Source: a virus (lineage: Duplodnaviria > Caudoviricetes). From it: a stretch of DNA of 64,000 nt. The number at the start of each line of letters is the position of its first letter. Position 1 is the stretch's first letter. The notes beneath the pieces were generated by a model that searched no databases, was not told the DNA's origin, and saw only the letters and a program-made list of their open reading frames with translations. Shown here piece after piece: positions 48,520 to 56,579 of the stretch. The position numbers and the translations under genes were made by a program. Location of the stretch: the IMG/VR virus record IMGVR_UViG_3300027914_001343, positions 32,001 through 96,000 of that record, one strand, 5' to 3'.

Positions 48520-48821
48520 AATAACTCACAAATAGAGCAGAGCAAAAAGTTTCCAATAAGAAAACAACCATGAGGGACCATCAATAAATTCAGTAGAGAC
48601 AGCGGCTGATTCACCCAGGCCGAGCTTCATGGCGGGGTGCGGGAATCAGCCAGCTCAAGGCGAATGCGGTATTGGGAAAACAAGGAAACCCAATTTAGCA
48701 CAAATCGAATGAACCAGCCGCGTCAACCAGGCAACGTCCGCTCAAAGGAGGAAAGCGGAAAGTTAGAGTAGCTGCCAGAGCCAAGCTGCGTACTCATTGC
48801 AAAGATCCTGGTGTTCTCTGC
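48482..48821 (-). ncRNA. putative ~340-nt structured non-coding RNA with anti-Shine-Dalgarno loops
   Basis: Starts at the G of a TATG late-type motif. 5' GCAGAG pairs with 3' CUCUGC. Several stems, and it ends in its own intrinsic terminator (48482-48519). No credible ORF. Confidence 0.55.
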
Positions 48822-48851
48822 ATATTATTAGTAACAACACAATAAAAAAAA

Positions 48852-49250
48852 TTATTTTAACGCTATTGTGTAATCGTTGTACCCACCAACAGCGCAGAAA
48901 TTCTTGAAGCGCTGGATATCATCAGCAACTGCATTTTTGACAACAAGAGTCAGAGTTTGGGCACCCAGCTGGACGATCGTTTCTGTCTTGATCCATGGCA
49001 GTCCGATGATACGTGTGTTGCCGTTTTGGAAGCGCACTTTTACATAGTCGTAACTATAAGGATCATCTTCTACTGTGTCTTTCGACAAGTAAGTATAGAC
49101 TTGAGCATGGCGAGCCACAATATCGATTTGTTCTGCTGCTGCTTCGGGGTCCAAAATAGAGACCACGGTGACACCAGCAAATTCATCCCCGATAATTGCA
49201 GTAGGGTAGATGCTAAAGTTGTATGTCTTCCGTAATTCGAGTGTGCTCAT
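48852..49250 (-). CDS. conserved small beta-rich protein (phiKZ gp49 position)
   Basis: ATG 49250 with GAGG SD. Confidence 0.6.
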   Translation of the reverse strand: MSTLELRKTYNFSIYPTAIIGDEFAGVTVVSILDPEAAAEQIDIVARHAQVYTYLSKDTVEDDPYSYDYVKVRFQNGNTRIIGLPWIKTETIVQLGAQTLTLVVKNAVADDIQRFKNFCAVGGYNDYTIALK

Positions 49251-49257
49251 CTTAACC

Positions 49258-49635
49258 TCAAAATGGTAAAAGCAAAATATCATTCCCATGCATTTTTGAG
49301 TACGTGTATGGCATTACCAACTCTTGCTCATCATCATAAACAAAAATATCCAGGCGTTCAATTTCGCAAAAAATAAACATGCCAAAAGACTGTACTAGGT
49401 CCCTGACACGCGGTAGCGTGTCAGGTGTTGGCCTAGTTTTCATACGATGCAGTTCTGGCAGGGTTTTGACATAACAACTAAATGCGGCTGGGTCTGCTGT
49501 AATGCCTGTAAAAATCTGCATTATAATTTCTTCAGCATCACTCTCTTCAATTCCAGCTAACTCTTTCAAACTATTCTTTAAGAAACTTACTCTGGCTGAT
49601 GTGTCTAACAAAATACATGGTTTCATGGTAGCCAC
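49258..49635 (-). CDS. hypothetical protein
   Basis: ~122-125 aa in a tightly packed operon. Confidence 0.55.
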   Translation of the reverse strand: MATMKPCILLDTSARVSFLKNSLKELAGIEESDAEEIIMQIFTGITADPAAFSCYVKTLPELHRMKTRPTPDTLPRVRDLVQSFGMFIFCEIERLDIFVYDDEQELVMPYTYSKMHGNDILLLPF

Positions 49636-50027
49636 TCCAGTTTATCTTCCCTCAGGACGAGTATGTCAGACTGACTGGCGTGGTACTCAAACTTAACCAT
49701 GCCTGCTTTACCGGCGTCCTTATAAAACCCAAGTGCGTCGAATTGTCTAGACAGTTCAAAACCTAGACTGAGCGTGACGTCGAATACCTTTTCAGATTCC
49801 TCAGCTGTTAAGGTATTAATTCCGAACAATCCATCACCATAAGCCATCTCATCGCAGACGTCGACCAAATAGTCCTTCCTGGATTCTTCATCACACAGCC
49901 TAAGCGGTTCAATTAAAGAATCCAGTGCGGCATCTACGTCAAGGGAAGGAAAGGAAACATTGTTAGCCAGATCTCGTAAATTCTGAATGAGGTCTGGCGC
50001 GTCCATTACAATGTACTTGGGCGACAT
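49623..50027 (-). CDS. hypothetical protein
   Basis: 134 aa, AAGGA SD. Confidence 0.6.
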   Translation of the reverse strand: MSPKYIVMDAPDLIQNLRDLANNVSFPSLDVDAALDSLIEPLRLCDEESRKDYLVDVCDEMAYGDGLFGINTLTAEESEKVFDVTLSLGFELSRQFDALGFYKDAGKAGMVKFEYHASQSDILVLREDKLEWLP

Positions 50028-50452
50028 CGAATGTTCCTTTTCCTAATTTCACAATCAACTGCCACATCGTCACCAATCCAAAAAACTTCTTTGTTGGTTG
50101 CAGTCGGATTATTGCCTTGAAACAGTTCATCCAGCATTGCATGTATCTGACGTTCAATGGACTCAATCATGAATTCCAAACGCCCTACGTTGTTGAGGTA
50201 TTCTTCAACAGTAATGTCGCACCCATCAACGGCGTTCTCGTAGAGTCTTAAAACGTAGTCACTTGCTGCTGAACGACTTACTACTTTACCTCTTGGCTCA
50301 AGGATACTTTGGACATGTCCATAAGTCGGGTCTACGTAACTAAGGACGCATTCACGAACTATATCGCGTACATCTCCTTCCAGAAATGATACATCATCTT
50401 TAATAGGCGAAATCTCTTTCACCATCTCAGCAGTAGGAATTAAAAGCAGCAT
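50006..50452 (-). CDS. hypothetical protein
   Basis: 148 aa, GAGGA SD. Confidence 0.6.
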   Translation of the reverse strand: MLLLIPTAEMVKEISPIKDDVSFLEGDVRDIVRECVLSYVDPTYGHVQSILEPRGKVVSRSAASDYVLRLYENAVDGCDITVEEYLNNVGRLEFMIESIERQIHAMLDELFQGNNPTATNKEVFWIGDDVAVDCEIRKRNIRCRPSTL

Positions 50453-50461
50453 CCTGGTTCC

Positions 50462-50848
50462 TCAGTACTTTACGGCCGTCAGTACAATGTCGTTATTGGG
50501 ACCACAGACATCAGCTTCGAGGCTGTCGTTATTACCAAACTCAGTAGCTGGTAACATACTCCCAATTTCAGATGCCAATGCATTGTAAGTTTTGATAGCC
50601 AACAATGAGGCGCTTTCTGCACTGAAACCTTTCCTTAGCAGATAATTCTCAGGACCTTCTTTGTTATCGTCACGCAGAACTTCATTAAGCACGATTCTAA
50701 CAAATTCGACTGGGTCGATAGGGCAATAATCCTCAGAGTTTTCCTGGAGCTTCAGGAAAGGATGGTCTGACATTAATAACCGTCTGGCTTCCTGTGCAAC
50801 GAAATTAACAACCTCGTCACACGGAAGCAAGGCTTGTTTTATGCTCAT
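50462..50848 (-). CDS. hypothetical protein
   Basis: 128 aa, ATGA-coupled. Confidence 0.6.
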   Translation of the reverse strand: MSIKQALLPCDEVVNFVAQEARRLLMSDHPFLKLQENSEDYCPIDPVEFVRIVLNEVLRDDNKEGPENYLLRKGFSAESASLLAIKTYNALASEIGSMLPATEFGNNDSLEADVCGPNNDIVLTAVKY

Positions 50849-51741
50849 TGGCGACCCCTTTCGAGTTTGTAATATTCGTTCATGAGTTCTTCAGATGTCA
50901 TCCGCTGAAGTTCAAACCACTGCCAGTCAGTTTCCTTGGCTAATAGCGCGATGGTTTCGCTGTAAGTGAGTTTGTGTACTTGATTGGTCTGGTCGACTGG
51001 ATTATTCGGTGTAACTACAAATGTAACGACGGGACGTCTAACGGAGCTTTCTGTCCCGTCGTACATTTTGATATTACAATCAAAAGCATCCTCGTTGGTT
51101 TTATTAACACCAGACATCTTCAATGACTTCCTGAAATCACGACCGTGTTTGTTTTCCCAATCATGAATGCGGAAATCAATACCCTTTTCGATCTCAATAT
51201 CTGTTCCACGCTGCCGGACAAAATGCATGATCCAGCGATCCTTCCCAAGGAAGTTATGCGTTTCTTCAATAATGCCAACCACGGCATTATGAATGATATC
51301 GAGCCCATCGGCTGTGAGCTTGTGTGTCTTAGGCATGTTAGCTTCAATTACGTCCAGCGTGTCTGCCGTTGTGTTACTGAAGTTTCCATGCTGTAGTACG
51401 ATGTTTTCAATTACATCGAAACAGATACCCATCCCAAACACAGGCAATGATGGTTGCGTGCTAGCACGGTACCTGAGCTTTTCATTGATGATCTTCTGTG
51501 TCCGTACAACCAAGATATCGCCTTTAATTCTGGTTGTGTCAGAACCTGGTTGCCATGTAAACTTTACTTGTTTTTTCCCTGTTGTAAAAATCAATACATC
51601 GCCAGGGATAATACTAGGCTCTTCATCTCCTGGAAAATATACACCTTCAGAATACAGTGGCACTCCAGCCTCTGCAAGAACATTCTCGATACGTGCCGCA
51701 ATTTCATGGCAGTCGATCAAAGTACGCTTAGTGACTCGCAT
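50845..51741 (-). CDS. conserved hypothetical protein
   Basis: 298 aa, GAGG SD. Confidence 0.6.
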   Translation of the reverse strand: MRVTKRTLIDCHEIAARIENVLAEAGVPLYSEGVYFPGDEEPSIIPGDVLIFTTGKKQVKFTWQPGSDTTRIKGDILVVRTQKIINEKLRYRASTQPSLPVFGMGICFDVIENIVLQHGNFSNTTADTLDVIEANMPKTHKLTADGLDIIHNAVVGIIEETHNFLGKDRWIMHFVRQRGTDIEIEKGIDFRIHDWENKHGRDFRKSLKMSGVNKTNEDAFDCNIKMYDGTESSVRRPVVTFVVTPNNPVDQTNQVHKLTYSETIALLAKETDWQWFELQRMTSEELMNEYYKLERGRQ

Positions 51742-51744
51742 TGT

Positions 51745-52089
51745 TTACCTCTTATACCAGATGTACAAGCAATCAGTGTTTAACGCCAAAGTAATATTGA
51801 TGTTATTATACAACTTTGGCACTTTTACATATTCAGCAACAAGGCTAGTAAGCGGTAGTCTATTTGCCACGTAAGCTCTTGCTGTTGAACGTGTGCTTCC
51901 TTTGTAATGGCCATTTACTGCGAGAAGATAAATGCGCTCTATCTCTTCAGCGATGATCCATTCAATACAATCCTTGATGGTTACTCTAGGATCAATGAAA
52001 CCCAATCCTGCTCTATGGATTATCGGTGTCATTAACGCAACTATCTCAGAAACATCCTGAATTATCAGAGCGTCGTTACCGTTAAGCAT
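51745..52089 (-). CDS. hypothetical protein
   Basis: ATG 52089 with AGGAGG SD. Confidence 0.6.
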   Translation of the reverse strand: MLNGNDALIIQDVSEIVALMTPIIHRAGLGFIDPRVTIKDCIEWIIAEEIERIYLLAVNGHYKGSTRSTARAYVANRLPLTSLVAEYVKVPKLYNNINITLALNTDCLYIWYKR

Positions 52090-52136
52090 AACCTTCCTCC
52101 TCCTACAGGATATGCCAAGTATGTAATTAATAACGA

Positions 52137-52171
52137 GCATAAGAGCCAGCCCGAAGGCTGGCCTCTTATAC
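52137..52171. terminator. hairpin terminator
   Basis: ataagagccagcc-cgaa-ggctggc(c)tcttat. UUCG loop on the minus strand followed by TTATGC. Confidence 0.8.
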
Positions 52172-52174
52172 TTT

Positions 52175-52445
52175 TGGTACACCCTCTATTTGGGAAATGG
52201 TCGGGTTCCTAGATCCATTTCGACTGGGGTCGGTCATTTGCAACTTTCACTATGTTGACATTCCGCTTTTAGCGACTCGGCCTCAAGTACTTGAGTTGTT
52301 TCTTTCCCCGTCCCTATCCGGTGGATGGGACTTTCTGCTTGTCGCGTTGTAATGCACCCCTGTAGTTAAACAGTTCGGCCAACGCCCGGTTGTGCGCGGC
52401 GTGACTTACCTAACTTGGCTTACAGGCACCTGATACCTGTGCTTT
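52175..52445 (-). ncRNA. putative structured RNA in the phuZ 3' region
   Basis: GC-rich, ORF-free ~270 nt with at least 9 nested stems between the phuZ stop and a terminator. Confidence 0.45.
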
Positions 52446-52473
52446 CATTAGTATTGATCACTATCTCATTGTG

Positions 52474-53502
52474 TTAAAGAACGAAACCCATGTCATTCGT
52501 AGAGTCATCCTTATTGAGGATACCGCCACGTTTCATACGAGCATTTTCACGTTCCTTGATATCAGCCAGGAATGCATTCAAACTCCTGGCCTGGTCTTGC
52601 AACATACCATAGGTGGTAATGAAGTGCAGAGGAGCTGCCTTAACGACTTCCTTGCTGATTTCATCCGGCAGGAGGCCGAGGCACTGGTACTCGAGAACGT
52701 TGGTGATGCCTTTGACGGCTTCACAACCTTCGCTGGTGCCCAGAGTGATGGCGCTGACTGCTTCGCCAAAGCTTTCACTGTAGCTGTCGTCTTTTTCCAG
52801 CATGACCAAACCAGCCAGGCAAGCTTCGTACGACGTAGTCTTGGTGAAGTTCAGCCAGTTCTGCAGGTCCTTGCTGTCGAGCTTCTGGTTTTGGCCAGAG
52901 AACAACATCGCCAGGCCAGTCACGACATCTTCGATCATTTGGTCGGCGGCCGGTTGCGGCAGCTTGTCGGACATTTGCAGATAGAACAGGATCACCGGCT
53001 TGTTGGTCTTGTCAACCAGACCTTCGTAGGTCTTCAGCGTGTTGAGGGTGTTTTCAGCAAACAGGCGATTGGTAATGGAACCAACAGCGATTGCGATAAC
53101 CGGCTCATCACGGAGCAGAAGTTCACGGGCCAGGATCGGAGCGATAACAGAGCCAGAGCCGCCGGAGGCCGAGCTGATCACGATGTTCAGGTTACCAGGC
53201 TTGAAACGTTGCAGGATCGCCTTATCGGCAGCGGCGATGTCAGTAAAGACGTCACGACGGATCTTGCCGGCGCCTTCTTTTTCATCGCCAGTGTTGATGT
53301 CCTTGATCTGGTAGAAACGATCTTCCGGGATCACCTTGCGGTTACTGTCAGAGGTGTCGACAAAGCAAACATCGATGCCTGCAAAGCCTGGATTGACAGT
53401 ATTGCGGTATTTGTCGAGACGAGCACCGATGCTTGTACCAGCGCCCCCGCAGGCGTAGATACGAACAACGTTTTCGGATGTCCCATTGTTGCTTTCAATC
53501 AT
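52474..53502 (-). CDS. phuZ: phage tubulin PhuZ
   Basis: YACGGAGTSIG, DTSDSN, GAGK.R, tubulin signature SASGGSGS, T7-loop LDSKD, acidic C-terminal tail ending MGFVL. Confidence 0.92.
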   Translation of the reverse strand: MIESNNGTSENVVRIYACGGAGTSIGARLDKYRNTVNPGFAGIDVCFVDTSDSNRKVIPEDRFYQIKDINTGDEKEGAGKIRRDVFTDIAAADKAILQRFKPGNLNIVISSASGGSGSVIAPILARELLLRDEPVIAIAVGSITNRLFAENTLNTLKTYEGLVDKTNKPVILFYLQMSDKLPQPAADQMIEDVVTGLAMLFSGQNQKLDSKDLQNWLNFTKTTSYEACLAGLVMLEKDDSYSESFGEAVSAITLGTSEGCEAVKGITNVLEYQCLGLLPDEISKEVVKAAPLHFITTYGMLQDQARSLNAFLADIKERENARMKRGGILNKDDSTNDMGFVL

Positions 53503-53585
53503 TTTGCTTTTCCTTGTTTATGTTGGTGTTGAAAAGATACTCACACACAAGATCTACAGTGCTGAGTAAAATTTAACCGTTTGTT

Positions 53586-53966
53586 TTACAGCTTGTTTAA
53601 CCACGTTGGTGTTTTACCAAAGATATTCGTTGGTGCTGATTTCTTTTTAGGAATTTCCCCTCTACCATACAGAAGAAAGTTTCTATGTATGGAAATAAAC
53701 CTAAGGGGTGTTTCATAGTCCAACATAGCTGGAACTAGGAAAGGGTGACGCTCACGAATATAAGTTTCAGCATAATGCAAAATCTCATCTCGTGTCAGAT
53801 TTAACTTCTTCTTTTGGTTTCCTTGTACAATGATTTCTTGTGCATTAAACCCAGCCAAAAGACTAAGCATGACAAGAAATTCTTTTTCAAAAGACTTACT
53901 AAAGATTGCTCTTAATGTAGACCTCGTTGTTAAGCAATCAGCAGGACTTGGGCAACTTTCAAACAT
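53586..53966 (-). CDS. hypothetical protein
   Basis: 126 aa, AAGGAG SD. Confidence 0.6.
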   Translation of the reverse strand: MFESCPSPADCLTTRSTLRAIFSKSFEKEFLVMLSLLAGFNAQEIIVQGNQKKKLNLTRDEILHYAETYIRERHPFLVPAMLDYETPLRFISIHRNFLLYGRGEIPKKKSAPTNIFGKTPTWLNKL

Positions 53967-54098
53967 TTTTTTCTCCTTTAGAAGGATAGAAACTTTTTAA
54001 TCTATAAGTTTACTCCTAACAATAAAAAAATTACTCAGATAAACTCAAGAAGATGATATGTGACTGAATGTTTTTTGACTATCTCTTAGGAGGTCTTT

Positions 54099-54902
54099 AT
54101 GGGACCGATCGATCGAGCCATAACTGAACTCCGTTTCAGGATTCCACCAAGAGTACTTGATGCGGTGTTTGTTCGGAAACAAGTAAGGTGGCGTGCTGTT
54201 CCGCAAAGTTTTGAGCAATCTGTGCTCGAAGCTGTCGTACGTCCGCGCGTTCTTGTTGATTGCAATCTTGTAGGTGGTACGCATGCGACTATTTCTTTGG
54301 AAGGTCTTGCGTGTGACACAATTGACATAGGTACTTATGTGTATCGTATCCCTAAGGATCGTACACAAGGGCGTTCTATTATCAGTGTCCTCAACCTCAG
54401 CTTTGCTTCACCAATGAACCCACTTGCGTACGGTGGCGTGCAATACGGTAATATTTCTACGGCGCTTACAGCTGGTCAGGCAGTTATGGATGTTCATGCT
54501 GCTGCGCCATATACCTCTACGGCACGTTGTAATCTTATTGGTGAAAACGTTGTTTTGATTCGTGATGCTGCTCAACCAACTGCACTTTCTTGCTTGCGTG
54601 TTATTCTCGGAAATGATGAGAATCTCTCGCACATCAAGATGCGCTCCTACCGGCATTTCAGTAAGCTTGTAGAACTCGCTGTGAAGTCTTATATCTACAA
54701 CGAGTACATACTTGAAATGGATATGGCAGAATTGGTTGGCGGTCAGGCGCTTGGGCGATTCAAAGAAGTAATTGATGGTTATGCTGATTCGGAAGAACTC
54801 TATCAAGAGTACATCAATACCACTTGGACTAAAGTGGCGTTCATGAATGATGATGAGTCATACGGTCGTTTCATCAACACAATCATTGGTGGTTATCGTT
54901 AA
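54099..54902 (+). CDS. conserved jumbo-phage virion protein (possible neck/head-completion)
   Basis: 267 aa with AGGAGG SD and an upstream AAATTAC...TATG. The function is inference. Confidence 0.55.
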   Translation: MGPIDRAITELRFRIPPRVLDAVFVRKQVRWRAVPQSFEQSVLEAVVRPRVLVDCNLVGGTHATISLEGLACDTIDIGTYVYRIPKDRTQGRSIISVLNLSFASPMNPLAYGGVQYGNISTALTAGQAVMDVHAAAPYTSTARCNLIGENVVLIRDAAQPTALSCLRVILGNDENLSHIKMRSYRHFSKLVELAVKSYIYNEYILEMDMAELVGGQALGRFKEVIDGYADSEELYQEYINTTWTKVAFMNDDESYGRFINTIIGGYR

Positions 54903-54909
54903 ACCGCGT

Positions 54910-54944
54910 CATATTGGCCAGGCTTGTGCCTGGCCTTTATGCTG
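54910..54944. terminator. bidirectional hairpin terminator (repeat family)
   Basis: catattggccaggc-ttgt-gcctggcctttatgctg. Confidence 0.8.
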
Positions 54945-54945
54945 C

Positions 54946-55518
54946 TTAGCGTTTTCTTTCTGGCGGAAACTTAACAGCCAGTCGCATCGCACAATTCGCG
55001 TCTACGCATTTGAAACAGAAAACAACGCCATCCTTAGTAGAATCATAACTGACTGCGAATGGTTTTGTATTATAGTCAAGCGAAGACACAAACTTAATTA
55101 ATTCGTTGACTACCAGCTCGAAGGGTAGTTCACCACCTTCGATTCTGTTAAAGAAAGATTCGTTATAAGCCTTTACTTTAAGCGCATCGAGACGCTTAAT
55201 GAGGTCAGTGTAAGTAATGACATTCGACAAGATGATGCTATCACTAATCTGAGCATCAACCACTGCTTCTCTTCCGAATGACAAACCGTATTGTTCAACG
55301 ATGTCACGACGGCTGCCGTGTATCGTATCGCCATCTACGCAGATGTTTAAGCTAGTATTAAGCGCATGAATTGCTTTTATCATGTCTCGCAACCTCTTAA
55401 CCATCTCGAGTGCCCTAAAGTTCCTATATTGATCAACCGTCTCAATTAAGAGCTGTAACTTACCGGAAGTAAGCTCGGTATCCCTGAAAAATAAACTCAT
55501 TAAAAACTTCTGCTTCAT
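54946..55518 (-). CDS. conserved hypothetical protein
   Basis: ~190 aa. Start codon uncertain. Confidence 0.55.
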   Translation of the reverse strand: MKQKFLMSLFFRDTELTSGKLQLLIETVDQYRNFRALEMVKRLRDMIKAIHALNTSLNICVDGDTIHGSRRDIVEQYGLSFGREAVVDAQISDSIILSNVITYTDLIKRLDALKVKAYNESFFNRIEGGELPFELVVNELIKFVSSLDYNTKPFAVSYDSTKDGVVFCFKCVDANCAMRLAVKFPPERKR

Positions 55519-55564
55519 TTGGAAAGTCCGTTGTATGGTTGTTTGTGTTCTGAATACAGACAAT

Positions 55565-55985
55565 CACAACAAAGACATAAAAAAGAAAATTTTCTAAAAA
55601 ATAAAAAAATATTTTTATATCAGTGTTATGATTAAGGAGTATTTTCCTAGTATCTATTAAAGGGGGCCCCCTCCGGGCCCCCTCCCTAGATAGAGTTCTA
55701 GGTTCAGTTCGTCACGCCCCCGCGTTCCTCACAGGTTTTAGTTGCATACGATAAGTATGCTAGTAAAAAAATATTTTTGAAGTAATGTTTTAGAACGAAC
55801 TATGGGGCCTTTACGGGCCCCTTATAGTGAGAAGAGTGTATAAAACCTATAAAGTAAGGGAATAATAGAGGCAGGCTTTTACGGCCTGCCAATAATCTAC
55901 TTTATGTAAGAAAAAAATAAAAGAGAAAATATTCCATAGTTTAACGGGACCGGTCGGCGCAGCTGCCGGGCTGATACTATGAGAC
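55565..55985. other. long AT-rich intergenic region with GC hairpins (candidate origin or structured element)
   Basis: A-tracts at both ends. Hairpins at 55661-55683, 55804-55821 and 55870-55890. Confidence 0.4.
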
Positions 55986-56010
55986 TTTGAATAACCGCAA
56001 GGAGATCAAC

Positions 56011-56505
56011 ATGCGTAGACTGTTAAGCCGATCCCTCGAGGATCGCAGTGAAGGCGGTAGTAGCCGTGTTGCTATCGATGACAAGACAGTGGTGCTGAAA
56101 GGCCCGTTGTCCGACGCTTACACAAAAGCACTAGACATTGCTTTTGCTAAGAATGAAGAAGGTGTAGCAACTGAGAACTTTGATCAACAAGAAGCCGCTC
56201 AAGAACTGGCAAAAGTAATCTACGCTACTGCCAATGATGCCGACGCCACCAATGAGATCACAGTGTTTGCATCTGATACAGAAACACTGTCTCCAGATGA
56301 CGTTGTTGATATCACAATGGACCTTGTCAACGCTGATAAGACTGATGTTGCTAGCGACTACGTTATTATTATTGATGACGTAATTGAAACAGGTGCTTCT
56401 GGCGCAACTGGTTCTGTTGGGACCAATGTGGAAAGCAGAAATGTTGCAGCAGTTGAAGCTTTGGCAAGTAAGTTTAATGCCAAATTTATCCGTCGTTCCA
56501 AGTAA
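56011..56505 (+). CDS. acidic protein with S/A-x-E sites, probable processed head protein
   Basis: ATG 56011 with AAGGAG SD. SLE, ATE and AVE sites. Confidence 0.55.
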   Translation: MRRLLSRSLEDRSEGGSSRVAIDDKTVVLKGPLSDAYTKALDIAFAKNEEGVATENFDQQEAAQELAKVIYATANDADATNEITVFASDTETLSPDDVVDITMDLVNADKTDVASDYVIIIDDVIETGASGATGSVGTNVESRNVAAVEALASKFNAKFIRRSK

Positions 56506-56579
56506 ACATTTTGGCTAGGTAAAGTCCTAGCCATTATGCCGCCACATTTTGTGTATAAATACAGTTAGAGGATCTAGCG

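Noticed and set aside
48419-48571. N-terminal extension of the DNA polymerase in the ORF track (likewise terL 60505-60636, endolysin 17684-17836 and ORF 52090-52182)
   Set aside because: These extensions run through terminators or A-tracts, and the downstream ATGs have proper SD sequences.
52200-52345. RNase P-like words (GAAAGUCC, GUGAAA, GAACCCG) in the phuZ 3' RNA
   Set aside because: The P4 pseudoknot pairing cannot form and the other conserved regions are missing. It also lacks tmRNA and tRNA ends.
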